64,000 nucleotides of DNA from Nitratifractor sp. Its GTDB lineage: Bacteria > Campylobacterota > Campylobacteria > Campylobacterales > Sulfurovaceae. Position numbers and translations under genes: made by a program. Shown here in pieces: positions 22,764-32,396 of the stretch (position 1 is its first letter; every line of letters begins with the position of its first letter). The notes below the pieces were generated by a model. That model saw only the letters and a list, made by a program, of their open reading frames with translations. It searched no databases and was not told the origin of the DNA. The DNA lies in contig WFNP01000042.1 of the NCBI GenBank assembly GCA_015488535.1, positions 4,210 through 68,209 on the forward strand, in the 5' to 3' direction.

Positions 22764-22811
22764 AGAAAGATTTATAAAAGAAGGCAGAACTTCAGTCTCG
22801 CAAAAAAAGAT

Positions 22812-23684
22812 TTATTTAGAGAGAACCTCTTTTACCGCTTTGCCGATATCAGCAGGTGATACTACTACTTTAACTCCGGCTTTCTCAAGAGCTTCCATCT
22901 TCTCTGCTGCTGTTCCGCTACCACCGCTGATAATTGCTCCGGCATGTCCCATTCTCTTGCCTTTTGGTGCAGTTTGTCCCGCAATAAATGCAACTACTGG
23001 CTTAGAGATATTCTCTTTGATAAATTCAGCTGCCTGAATCTCCAAATCTCCACCAATTTCACCAATCATTACGATAGCTTCAGTCTCCGGGTCAGCTTCA
23101 AACATAGGAAGTAGTTGCTTGTAACTTAGTCCAATAATTGGGTCTCCTCCAATACCAACAGCAGTAGTAATTCCAAATCCCTCTTGCACTACCTGATGAG
23201 ATGCTTCATAAGTAAGTGTTCCGGATTTTGAGATGAGTCCAACATTTCCTTTTTTGAAAATATTACCCGGCATGATACCGATTTTACACTCTTCGGCTGT
23301 AATAATTCCGGGGCAGTTTGGTCCAATTGTCTTCATACCTTTTTTGGTAGCATACATCTTGGCGTACATCATATCTTTTACAGGAGCTCCTTCTGTAATA
23401 ATTACAGCCAACTCTATTCCGGCATCTGCTGCTTCCATTACTGCATCAGCCACAAATGCAGGTGGAACAAAAATCATACTAACAGTTGCACCTGTAGAGT
23501 TTACCGCCTCTTCTACCGTATTAAATACAGGTTTGCCAAGATGCTCTTGACCACCTTTGCCCGGAGTTACACCACCTACAATTTGAGTGCCATAATCAAT
23601 ACATTGAGAAGCGTGAAAAGTCCCCTCTTTTCCTGTAAATCCCTGAACGATAACTTTTGAATCTTTATTTACCAAAATACTCAT
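22812..23684 (-). CDS. sucD: Succinyl-CoA synthetase alpha subunit
   Basis: SKSGTLTYE, plus the phosphohistidine loop [12 protein letters not shown]. Confidence 0.93.
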   Translation of the reverse strand: MSILVNKDSKVIVQGFTGKEGTFHASQCIDYGTQIVGGVTPGKGGQEHLGKPVFNTVEEAVNSTGATVSMIFVPPAFVADAVMEAADAGIELAVIITEGAPVKDMMYAKMYATKKGMKTIGPNCPGIITAEECKIGIMPGNIFKKGNVGLISKSGTLTYEASHQVVQEGFGITTAVGIGGDPIIGLSYKQLLPMFEADPETEAIVMIGEIGGDLEIQAAEFIKENISKPVVAFIAGQTAPKGKRMGHAGAIISGGSGTAAEKMEALEKAGVKVVVSPADIGKAVKEVLSK

Positions 23685-23686
23685 AA

Positions 23687-24856
23687 TTACTCTCCTTTAG
23701 CCGCAGCTACCACTTTTTTGGCTCCATCAGCGAGGCTCTCTGCGGTAATAATATTTTCTATATTTGCATTTCTCAAAATTTCTGCTGCTTCAAGGGCATT
23801 GGTTCCATCAAGTCTAACAACAACAGGAACATTTACTTCTGTCATTTTTGTAGCTTCAAGTATTCCGTTTGCAACTCTGTCACATCTTACAATTCCACCG
23901 AAGATATTTACAAAAATAGCTTTTACATTCGGATCTTCCAAAATTATCTCAAAACCTTTTGCAACTGTCTCAGGATTTGCTCCGCCACCCACATCGAGGA
24001 AGTTAGCCGGTTCTCCACCTTCGTGCTTGATGATATCCATAGTAGCCATAGACAGTCCTGCACCGTTTACCATACATCCTACATTACCGTCAAGCTTGAC
24101 ATAGCTTAGACCATATCTCTTAGCTTCAACTTCAGTAGGCTCCTCTTCGCTTAGGTCTCTCATATCCTCGATATCCGGATGTCTGCCAAGAGCATTATCA
24201 TCAAATCCCATCTTTGCATCAAGTGCCAAAAATTTACCGTCACCTGTTTTGATAAGTGGGTTAATCTCTATCATCTCAGCATCATTATCCATATATACAT
24301 CATACAGAGCTTTTGCAAATTTGATAAATGTTCCAATCTCCTCTTTTGGAAGTCCCAAACCAAATGCTAACTTTCTACCGTGATACCCCTGGAAACCAAT
24401 TGTTGGGTCAATATTTACCTTTACAATCTTTTCAGGAGTCTCGGCAGCTACCTTTTCTATCTCCATACCACCTTCAGTTGAAGCCATCATTACCGGCATC
24501 TCTGCGGCTCTGTCAAGAAGCATACCGAGATAAAATTCAGATTTGATATCTGCACCCTCTTCGATATATACTTTTTGAACCAGTTTACCCTCCGGTCCTG
24601 TTTGGTGAGTAACTAGAGTCATTCCCAAAATATTTTTAGTATGCTCTTCTACCTCTTCTATACTCTTGGCAAGTTTTACACCACCTCCAAGACCTCTACC
24701 ACCTGCATGAATTTGAGCTTTTACTACCCAAATATTACCACCCAACTCTTTTGCGGCTTCTACAGCCTCATTTACACTGAACGCCACTCTACCGCGAGGT
24801 GTAGGTACGCCGTATTTCTGGAATATCTGTTTTGCCTGATACTCATGAATATTCAC
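23687..24856 (-). CDS. sucC: Succinyl-CoA synthetase beta subunit
   Basis: [18 protein letters not shown]. The start is an apparent GTG with an AAAGGAGAA RBS. Confidence 0.93.
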   Translation of the reverse strand: MNIHEYQAKQIFQKYGVPTPRGRVAFSVNEAVEAAKELGGNIWVVKAQIHAGGRGLGGGVKLAKSIEEVEEHTKNILGMTLVTHQTGPEGKLVQKVYIEEGADIKSEFYLGMLLDRAAEMPVMMASTEGGMEIEKVAAETPEKIVKVNIDPTIGFQGYHGRKLAFGLGLPKEEIGTFIKFAKALYDVYMDNDAEMIEINPLIKTGDGKFLALDAKMGFDDNALGRHPDIEDMRDLSEEEPTEVEAKRYGLSYVKLDGNVGCMVNGAGLSMATMDIIKHEGGEPANFLDVGGGANPETVAKGFEIILEDPNVKAIFVNIFGGIVRCDRVANGILEATKMTEVNVPVVVRLDGTNALEAAEILRNANIENIITAESLADGAKKVVAAAKGE

Positions 24857-25047
24857 GATATTCTCCTTTTGTTATGAAGTCCCATTATTATATGGAGTTT
24901 TATATAAAATAGCTCAGAAAGTAACAGCTTTTGAGTAGTTATAGTAAATGGTGTTAAGTTTCTACACGATTTAATAACTGATATGATGCCTGTAACTTGA
25001 AACAACCTTAGTCACTTCCTCTGTAACAGAAGCTTTTAGATAATCTA

Positions 25048-25065
25048 TTTTTGTGTGTAAGGTCA
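25048..25065 (+). repeat. Copy of the motif TTTTTGTGTGTAAGGTCA
   Basis: Exact 18-nt match to the 46045-46062 copy. It abuts the smpB stop codon. No plus-strand gene lies downstream. Confidence 0.5.
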
Positions 25066-25066
25066 A

Positions 25067-25525
25067 TTAATAGCTTCTGTTTTTCATAGCTTTGGCAGCT
25101 TCTCGCTCCATAGTTCTTCGTTTTAGTGTCTCTCTTTTGTCGTGCAGTTTTTTACCTCTTGCCAATGCAATAGATACTTTTGCCTTGTTTTTTTCATTGA
25201 AATAGAGCATCAAAGGCACAATAGTAAGCCCCTCTTTACTTACTTTTCCAAACAGTTTGTCCAATTCTCTTTTGTGCAAGAGTAATTTTCTTGGAGCCCT
25301 CTCATCTCTGGCATAGTGTTTGTTTGTTGTATCCATATGCCCTATATGGGCATTCATCAGCCAAAGCTCACCTTTTATAAATCTACAGTAAGCATCATTT
25401 ATATTGACTCTGTTTGCTCTTAAAGCTTTTACTTCATTACCCTGCAGGACAATTCCTGCTTCATACTTTTCAAGTATCTCATACTCATGTCTAGCTTTTC
25501 TGTTTTTGGATATCACTTTTATCAT
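25067..25525 (-). CDS. smpB: SsrA-binding protein
   Basis: KNRKARHEYEILEKYEAGIVLQGNEVKALR. Confidence 0.92.
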   Translation of the reverse strand: MIKVISKNRKARHEYEILEKYEAGIVLQGNEVKALRANRVNINDAYCRFIKGELWLMNAHIGHMDTTNKHYARDERAPRKLLLHKRELDKLFGKVSKEGLTIVPLMLYFNEKNKAKVSIALARGKKLHDKRETLKRRTMEREAAKAMKNRSY

Positions 25526-25540
25526 TATTTATACTCTCTA

Positions 25541-25894
25541 TTAATATTTTGAAAAGATCTTTTTTATAGTTTCTTTAAAAATAGGTAAATTATATCTGAT
25601 TACATCTTCTATAATAATATCATCTGTACTATCATAGTCATGTGCAATATAATTTCTAACTGCACTAATTCCTCTTAAATCTTCTTTTTTAAAAGCTTCT
25701 AAAATCTCAAACTCGTTATCATCTTTCAATTTATTGAATTGTTCGGCAATTCTTATAATATTCATCCTTATAGCAGGTTTGATTATCCTGTCTTCTATAG
25801 ATTGGGTTACTTTTATACTCTTATCATCAACTATAAACTCTATATTTTCTATACATTCATATATCTTATTTAATCTATCTATAGGATTAGACAT
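25541..25894 (-). CDS. hepT: HepT-like HEPN RNase toxin (DUF86)
   Basis: R-x4-H-x-Y motif RNYIAHDY near the C-terminus. 117 aa. Overlaps the upstream nucleotidyltransferase gene by 8 nt. Confidence 0.75.
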   Translation of the reverse strand: MSNPIDRLNKIYECIENIEFIVDDKSIKVTQSIEDRIIKPAIRMNIIRIAEQFNKLKDDNEFEILEAFKKEDLRGISAVRNYIAHDYDSTDDIIIEDVIRYNLPIFKETIKKIFSKY

Positions 25895-26186
25895 TGATTA
25901 GGTCTTTCATTATGGATTTGTTTTCATTTGGTACCAAATCTACAGGTCTTTTAAATATTGTCTGAAGCTCTCTTTTTATATCTTCTATTCTGATCAATTT
26001 TGAGAAGCCATCTCTATATTTTTTAGAAAATATATTATAATCCAATTTATATGCAATATCTATATCACTAAATTTTGTCTGAGAATCTCTAGCATAACTT
26101 CCAAAAATTCCCACGATAATAAATCCTTCATCTTTATATTTAAGATTAAGTTTTTTGAGTATTTTTACAATTTCCTCTTTTTGCAT
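25887..26186 (-). CDS. mntA: MntA-like minimal nucleotidyltransferase antitoxin
   Basis: GIFGSYARDSQTKFSDIDIAY fits the GSxxR...SDxD nucleotidyltransferase motif. 99 aa. Confidence 0.75.
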   Translation of the reverse strand: MQKEEIVKILKKLNLKYKDEGFIIVGIFGSYARDSQTKFSDIDIAYKLDYNIFSKKYRDGFSKLIRIEDIKRELQTIFKRPVDLVPNENKSIMKDLINV

Positions 26187-26244
26187 AATCTTAGTGGTTT
26201 CCCTTTTAGATTTTTTATATGTCTAAATTATATAATAACCCTTG

Positions 26245-27021
26245 CTATTTTATTCTAAAAAAGCTACTACCACTGCCGCTAAAAAACCACTCTTTGCTAT
26301 CTAATGCCTCTTTTTCAAGCAGTGGGCATATATCAAGAGCCGGTTGATACAAATCATTAAGTTTCGCTCTGTCTTTTACTTCAGTAAGCAAAGTTTTAGA
26401 GTCAATATCTAACCACTTTTTATAATGCTTGGGTTCTATATCTTTGAGATAATTTAGTCTAAACTGCTTATATACTTTGGCTGTATCACATTTGATATCC
26501 GGAGTATAAATCTCTAATTTTGGCACTACCTCATCAAATGGCTCTATTATCTCTCCAAATCCGCTTACATTGGCACTCTCATATCCATATATGAAAAATG
26601 GCACATCAGCACCTATTTTTGAGCCAATATCTGCCAAAGTCTCATTATTTAGTTTTAAATTACAAACTTCATTTACCATTTTTATAAATGTAGCAGCATC
26701 AGAGCTACCTCCGCCAAGTCCTGCCTGAAGAGGTATAGACTTTTCTATGACCACTTTATGACTGTAAAAAAAATCCAATATATCCAAATCCCCAGTAATC
26801 TCATTCAAGGTTGTATAAGCTTTATATACTGTATTTGAGTGTAGAGGCACTCCGTCACACCCCTCTATTGTAAAGGTATCACAACGACAAGGGACAAATT
26901 TAATTGTATCAAAGAGTTGAGGCACCTTTACAAAACGGGATATCAAAGTGTGATATCCATCTTTATGACCTGTAATTTTCAAAAATATATTTACCTTTGC
27001 ATACGCTTTTGCCTCTTTCAT
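26245..27021 (-). CDS. ispE: 4-diphosphocytidyl-2-C-methyl-D-erythritol kinase
   Basis: GHMP kinase motif PLQAGLGGGSSDAA, and N-terminus AYAKVNIFLKITG. Confidence 0.88.
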   Translation of the reverse strand: MKEAKAYAKVNIFLKITGHKDGYHTLISRFVKVPQLFDTIKFVPCRCDTFTIEGCDGVPLHSNTVYKAYTTLNEITGDLDILDFFYSHKVVIEKSIPLQAGLGGGSSDAATFIKMVNEVCNLKLNNETLADIGSKIGADVPFFIYGYESANVSGFGEIIEPFDEVVPKLEIYTPDIKCDTAKVYKQFRLNYLKDIEPKHYKKWLDIDSKTLLTEVKDRAKLNDLYQPALDICPLLEKEALDSKEWFFSGSGSSFFRIK

Positions 27022-27851
27022 AATGTCTCCTTTGATATTGCCAATCTATTTAGCAGATACTTAATCTGCGACTCTTTTATCTCTATGATACTAAAAAAAT
27101 CATCTGTAACAATATGATATATACCATCTTTTTGGATATCAAAATATTTTATATTCAGTTTTTTACCAAGATTTATATCCTGCAAATCTCCATTATAACT
27201 GTTTGGCTTAGTAATCAAATACTCCAGTGGATTTAAAGCCTTTTCATTCTCATATCTAAATTTTCCCTCACTCACTCTTTGTAGAGATGATAATGCTCCA
27301 AATGTGCCAAGTTTCTGGGCTATAATTGAAGCTATACTTCTGATATATGCCCCTTCACTCACACTGATTTCAAAAGATAAAAACGGATGGTTGTAATTAA
27401 TAAGTTTTATATCGTAAATTATAGATACTATGGGTTTGATATCCACCTCTTCACCTCTTCTTGCCATATCACAGGCTCTTTGACCTTTGATTTTTTTGGC
27501 ACTGTATTTTGGTGGAATATACTCTATCTCCCCTATCATATCTTCAAACAATTTAACAATGCCGTTTATTGGTAACTCATCAATATTTTCAATTCTGCTC
27601 ACAGATTCAATATCCAATGTCTCTGAATAGACTCCAAGCCATAGAGTAGCTTTATATACTTTTGGGGATTTATCCAAAAATCTAAACAGTTTTGTATATT
27701 GTCCTGTTGCAGTAATAAGACAACCTGTGGCAAACGGGTCGAGTGTGCCTGAATATCCCACCTTTTTGGTGCCATATTTTCGTTTAATACTGTTCATATA
27801 TCTGTTTGAGGATACAAATATAGGTTTATTTACAACAAAGAGCCTGTTCAT
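27018..27851 (-). CDS. truB: tRNA pseudouridine(55) synthase
   Basis: VGYSGTLDPFATGCL. Overlaps ispE by 4 nt. Confidence 0.88.
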   Translation of the reverse strand: MNRLFVVNKPIFVSSNRYMNSIKRKYGTKKVGYSGTLDPFATGCLITATGQYTKLFRFLDKSPKVYKATLWLGVYSETLDIESVSRIENIDELPINGIVKLFEDMIGEIEYIPPKYSAKKIKGQRACDMARRGEEVDIKPIVSIIYDIKLINYNHPFLSFEISVSEGAYIRSIASIIAQKLGTFGALSSLQRVSEGKFRYENEKALNPLEYLITKPNSYNGDLQDINLGKKLNIKYFDIQKDGIYHIVTDDFFSIIEIKESQIKYLLNRLAISKETL

Positions 27852-27859
27852 CTATACTC

Positions 27860-29917
27860 CTATACCGGCTTTACAAATGAGCTGAGTATCTCTTTTTTGA
27901 TACCGCCGAAATTGATAAGCAATTTATACTCTTTGCCAGATTTTGTAACTGCCTGGACTCTACCGATACCAAATATCTTGTGATTGACTAAATCACCTTT
28001 TTTATACTCCGAGCTTTTTGATACTTTCAAACTTGCATTTTTGATAAGCCCCGCTTCACCCAAAAATCTGCTCTTTTTTAGCAGTTTTCTGCGACCTTTG
28101 TAAAATCTGCTGTCACAATATGAGAGAGTCAAATCACTCTTGGCTCTGGTAATTGCTACATATCCGAGGCGTCTTTCTTCTTCGATATCGCAATTGTCTC
28201 CAAGCAGAGGGAAAAACTCTTCCTCCATACCTACTACAAAGAGATGCTCAAACTCCAATCCCTTGGCGGCATGGATACTCATAACATTTACCGCTCTCTC
28301 ATCAAGCTGATCCTGGTCATTTTGCAAAGATATATCATTGAGAAAATCATCAAGAGTAACATCAGGATTACTCAAGATATAATCTCTCATATATCCGTAA
28401 AACTCATCTATATTAAGTATTCTGTCATAACCATCTGCCATAGAGCCATAGTAATCTTTTAACCCTACTCTATCTTCAAAAAAGTCTATAAAGTTATATA
28501 AAGAGTCTTGAGATGCCTCTTTTAACTCTTTTATCTCTTCAATAAAATCTTTTAATGCAAAAGCTACTTTTTTACTGATATTACTCTGAAGCTCCTCTAT
28601 CGGGGAAGTTACTATTGTTTCATATACTGATAAAGCTTTTTTATCTGCCAATGCCTTCAGTTTGCCCAATGATGTGGCACCTATTCCTCTTTTGGGTTTG
28701 TTAATAATACGCAATAAGGAAAAATCATTACTCGGATTGGAGAGTGTTCTGAAATAACTGATTATATCTTTGATTTCAGCTCTCTCATAAAATCTGACAC
28801 CACCTACGAGTTTGAAACTGATATTTTCTCTCATTAAGCCCTCTTCAATAGCTCTAGATAGTGCATTTATCCGATACAATATTGCTATCTGATTTGGGTC
28901 AACTCCCTCATCAATAAGTTTATGAATCTCTTTGGCTATCTGTGTTGTCTCCTGATTCTCATCTGATGAGTGCATTAATTTTATATCTATACCTTCACCC
29001 TTGTAGCTTTTTAGACTCTTTCCAAGTCTTCTGGAGTTGTGTTCTATCAATCTGTTTGCAGCATCAAGTATCTGCTGTGTAGAGCGGTAATTAATCTCTA
29101 GCTTGATTACTTTGGCATCTGCAAACTTTTCATTAAACTCCAAAATATTTCTAATATTTGCACCCCTCCATCCATAGATACTCTGGTCATCATCTCCAAC
29201 TACACATAAATTCCTATGCTCACTTGCCAAAAGTTCAAGCAGTCTAAATTGTAAATCATTGGTATCTTGATACTCATCGACCATAATATATTGATATCTG
29301 TTACTTATCTCTTTACGGAGTTGCTCATCATTTTTTAATATTTTATAAGTCAGCACAAGCAGATCATCAAAATCTACCAAATTATCGGCTTCTATTCTTT
29401 GTTGATACTCTTTATATATCTTTGCGGCATTTTTATATTCACTCAATTCTGCTTTTTCTATAACTTCATCAGGCTCTAGCAGAGTATTTTTATATTTTGA
29501 TATCTCAGCAGATACAAATGAGGTATTAAGATCTATTTTTAACTCTTTGGATATATTTCTAATCAATCTTTTTCTGTCGTCACTGTCGATAATGACAAAA
29601 CTGTTGTCTCTGCCAATCTTTTGTATATGAAGTTTTAAAAACAGTAAACCAAATTTGTGAAAAGTACACAAAAGAGGCATAGCATGAGTATTACTCTCTA
29701 TCATACCCAATGCTCTCTGTCTCATCTCATTTGCTGCTTTGTTGGTAAATGTAAGAGTAAGTGTATTGAGTGGGTCTATACCAACCTCACCGATCAAATA
29801 AGCCAATCTACTGGTCAAAGTTTTGGTCTTGCCACTACCTGCACCTGCCAATATCAGTAATGGACCATCTATATGCTCTGTGGCTTCTTGCTGTGCTTCA
29901 TTGAGATTTTCTAACAT
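27860..29917 (-). CDS. pcrA: ATP-dependent DNA helicase, UvrD/PcrA/Rep family
   Basis: Helicase motifs LILAGAGSGKTKTL, MVDEYQDTN, VGDDDQSIYGWRGA and IHAAKGLEF. Confidence 0.88.
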   Translation of the reverse strand: MLENLNEAQQEATEHIDGPLLILAGAGSGKTKTLTSRLAYLIGEVGIDPLNTLTLTFTNKAANEMRQRALGMIESNTHAMPLLCTFHKFGLLFLKLHIQKIGRDNSFVIIDSDDRKRLIRNISKELKIDLNTSFVSAEISKYKNTLLEPDEVIEKAELSEYKNAAKIYKEYQQRIEADNLVDFDDLLVLTYKILKNDEQLRKEISNRYQYIMVDEYQDTNDLQFRLLELLASEHRNLCVVGDDDQSIYGWRGANIRNILEFNEKFADAKVIKLEINYRSTQQILDAANRLIEHNSRRLGKSLKSYKGEGIDIKLMHSSDENQETTQIAKEIHKLIDEGVDPNQIAILYRINALSRAIEEGLMRENISFKLVGGVRFYERAEIKDIISYFRTLSNPSNDFSLLRIINKPKRGIGATSLGKLKALADKKALSVYETIVTSPIEELQSNISKKVAFALKDFIEEIKELKEASQDSLYNFIDFFEDRVGLKDYYGSMADGYDRILNIDEFYGYMRDYILSNPDVTLDDFLNDISLQNDQDQLDERAVNVMSIHAAKGLEFEHLFVVGMEEEFFPLLGDNCDIEEERRLGYVAITRAKSDLTLSYCDSRFYKGRRKLLKKSRFLGEAGLIKNASLKVSKSSEYKKGDLVNHKIFGIGRVQAVTKSGKEYKLLINFGGIKKEILSSFVKPV

Positions 29918-30164
29918 AACTCTCCATTTTCATGTATATCTATTTTCTTTTATTATATCTATATATTAATTAATTGAGCTAATATCATACAGGAGAGTAA
30001 TTTCAATCATTAGATAGATTATTTGCATAGATGTAACACTTTTAATATAAAAAGATGTTTTTATTAAATAATAAGTATAACTTATCTAAACATTCGATAT
30101 TATTTTAATAAATTATTATATGCTTATATAAATTATAAACATATATATCCAATGAGGAGACTCG

Positions 30165-31067
30165 ATGTTAAAAGATTTTACAAAACTGGAGACATTTCTC
30201 TCTGTAGTGCGTGAAAGAAGCTTTTCAAAAGCTTCTGCAAAGCTGGGCATATCACAACCTGCAGTAACTCAGCAGATGAAATTTATAGAGCAGTATCTCG
30301 ATACAAAAATTATCGAGAGAAAGAAAAACGGTATCAGACTCACAGCCGCTGGAGAAGAACTCTACCGTATAGCCGTCAAACTTGACAAATGTATTCATGA
30401 AGCAGAGATAGATATCCTTAAAATCATCAATAAAAAAGTTACATTTCGTCTCGGTACATCATTTACAATCGGTAACTATGTTTTACCTGGTGAGTGCCTA
30501 AACTCTCTGAGTGATGTAATAAACAATGATGTCAAATTGACTATAGAAGTGAGTAAAAACATAGTAGAGAAAGTCAAAGACAGAGAGCTAGATTTAGGAC
30601 TTATTGAGGCTCATATAATAGATGATGATTTGATAATAAGAGAGTGGAGAGATGATGAACTTGTGGTATTTAGCAATGTGCCTCTGCCAAAAGTGCTATA
30701 TCCAGAGGATTTGTATGATTTTAGATGGGTATGTCGTGAAGAGGGCAGTCAAACCCGTAAAGTCGTAGGTGAAGTATTTGAAAGAATTGGGGTAAGTTGT
30801 AATAATTTCAATGTACTCTCTGTAGTAACGAATACTACTGCCGTGCTTCAGACAATAAAGCGAAGCCAAAAAGATGAAAAGTCACCTATTGTATCTATCA
30901 TCTCCAGACATGCCATAGCTGACGAGGTACAAAACGGTATATTTTACGAAGCAAGACTCCATGGTTATGCAATGATGAGAAAATTTTATATCGTATATCA
31001 CAAAGAGAATAAACACAATGCCTTTGTAACAAATACAGTAGATTTCATACTTTCAGGCAAATGTTAA
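30165..31067 (+). CDS. LysR-family transcriptional regulator
   Basis: N-terminal HTH FSKASAKLGISQPAVTQQMKFIEQYL, followed by a substrate-binding domain. Confidence 0.85.
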   Translation: MLKDFTKLETFLSVVRERSFSKASAKLGISQPAVTQQMKFIEQYLDTKIIERKKNGIRLTAAGEELYRIAVKLDKCIHEAEIDILKIINKKVTFRLGTSFTIGNYVLPGECLNSLSDVINNDVKLTIEVSKNIVEKVKDRELDLGLIEAHIIDDDLIIREWRDDELVVFSNVPLPKVLYPEDLYDFRWVCREEGSQTRKVVGEVFERIGVSCNNFNVLSVVTNTTAVLQTIKRSQKDEKSPIVSIISRHAIADEVQNGIFYEARLHGYAMMRKFYIVYHKENKHNAFVTNTVDFILSGKC

Positions 31068-31100
31068 TAACTAACCCTGTGTAAATGTAATATTTTATAA

Positions 31101-31161
31101 GAGGTGGAGTTTCAATCCAGCAAAATGCAGGAGTGAAGTCCTACCTCTGAAGTAAATTGCA
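31101..31161 (+). repeat. GGAGG-hairpin intergenic repeat, copy B
   Basis: GAGGTGGAGTTTCAATCCAGCAAAATGCAGGAGTGAAGTCCTACCTC... By hand alignment, 35 of 47 positions match the reverse complement of 45975-46021. Confidence 0.65.
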
Positions 31162-31179
31162 CAATATCAATTAATCAAA

Positions 31180-31220
31180 CAGAATACAGGATTAAACTCC
31201 TATCTCCAAAGTAAAGTACA
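31180..31220 (+). repeat. Partial tandem duplicate of repeat copy B
   Basis: CAGAATACAGGATTAAACTCCTATCTCCAAAGTAAAGTACA aligns with 31121-31163 (CAAAATGCAGGAGTGAAGTCCTACCTCTGAAGTAAATTGCACA), offset by 59 nt. Confidence 0.55.
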
Positions 31221-31332
31221 TTTTCTAATCATACATACACTATAAATTGCTTTATATGTTTTTTGCTCATAAGCTCAAGTGTAAATTTTAATAGATATTA
31301 TTCTATAGCTATTTTAAAAAGGAAAATAAGAT

Positions 31333-32394
31333 ATGGACATTATCCAAAAGGTAAAAAGCAACCAACGATTAAACAGAGAAGAGGCTTTGAGACTGTATGA
31401 CCTTGATATCTTTACTCTCGGTGAGTTAGCCGATAATATACGCAAAAACAAATATGGTAAAAAGAGCTTTTTCAATATAAACAGACATATAAATCCTACC
31501 AATGTATGCAAAGATATCTGTAAATTCTGTGCATACAGTGCCAGTAGAAAAAATCCAAACCAATATACAATGAGTCATGATGAAATTCTCCAAATTGCCA
31601 AGAGTGCATACGAAAAAGGAGCAAAAGAGGTGCATATCGTATCAGCTCACAATCCTGAAGTAGGGATAGAGTGGTATATGGGCGCATTTCGTAAAATCAA
31701 AGATGAAATTCCAAATATTCATATCAAAGCTTTGACAGCTGCAGAGGTAAATTTTTTGGCAGAGAGTGAAGATTTGAGTTATGATAAAGTAATAGATTTG
31801 ATGATAGAAAACGGTGTCGATTCTATGCCCGGAGGTGGAGCAGAAATCTTTGATGAAGAGGTAAGAGATTATATCTGTAAAGGTAAAGTAAGCAGTGATA
31901 ATTGGCTGGAAATTCATAGAAAATGGCACAAAAGAGGCAGGATGAGCAACGCTACTATGCTCTTTGGTCATATAGAAAGTCGTGCCAATCGAATTGACCA
32001 TATTATCAGACTAAGAGAGCTTCAGGATGAGACAGGCGGATTCAATGCCTTTATACCTCTGGTCTATCAAAGAGATAACAACTTTTTAAAAGTTACAAAT
32101 TTTCCAACTGCACAGGAGATACTCAAAACTTATGCAATAAGTAGAATACTCTTAGATAATATTCCTCATATCAAAGCATACTGGGCAACATCTACTATAG
32201 GCTTGGCACTCTTAGCCCAAGAGTTTGGAGCAGATGATTTAGATGGCACTATTGAAAAGGAGTCTATCCAGTCAGCTGCAGGGGCAAACAGTGCGTCGGG
32301 TATGAAGATGGAGGAGTTTGTCTCTTTGATTAAAAACAGTGGCTTCATTCCAGTAGAGAGAGATAGTTTATATAATGAATTAGAGGTATATTAA
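31333..32394 (+). CDS. Radical SAM menaquinone (futalosine pathway) enzyme, MqnE/MqnC family
   Basis: Cluster motif NVCKDICKFCAY, plus PGGGAEIF and LFGHIE. I cannot tell aminofutalosine synthase from the cyclase by eye. Confidence 0.7.
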   Translation: MDIIQKVKSNQRLNREEALRLYDLDIFTLGELADNIRKNKYGKKSFFNINRHINPTNVCKDICKFCAYSASRKNPNQYTMSHDEILQIAKSAYEKGAKEVHIVSAHNPEVGIEWYMGAFRKIKDEIPNIHIKALTAAEVNFLAESEDLSYDKVIDLMIENGVDSMPGGGAEIFDEEVRDYICKGKVSSDNWLEIHRKWHKRGRMSNATMLFGHIESRANRIDHIIRLRELQDETGGFNAFIPLVYQRDNNFLKVTNFPTAQEILKTYAISRILLDNIPHIKAYWATSTIGLALLAQEFGADDLDGTIEKESIQSAAGANSASGMKMEEFVSLIKNSGFIPVERDSLYNELEVY

Positions 32395-32396
32395 AT

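Noticed and set aside
24857-25066. A tmRNA (ssrA) or other structured RNA might lie next to smpB in the 210-bp spacer.
   Set aside because: I found no tRNA-like acceptor/T-arm (GGTTCGAxTCC...CCA) and no tag-reading-frame features. The spacer looks like an AT-rich promoter region for sucC plus one repeat motif.
30116-30131. The inverted repeat TTATAT-N4-ATATAA (T-N11-A type) lies 34 nt upstream of the lysR-family gene and could be an autoregulatory LysR box.
   Set aside because: In a spacer that is almost pure A/T, such a short AT palindrome is expected by chance. Nothing else supports it.
31108-31140. The string GTTTCAATCC...GGAGTGAAG inside the intergenic repeat looks superficially like a CRISPR repeat.
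   Set aside because: There is no regularly spaced array. Only one partial tandem copy exists, 59 nt away and about 75% identical. There are no cas genes, and the other copies are dispersed singly.
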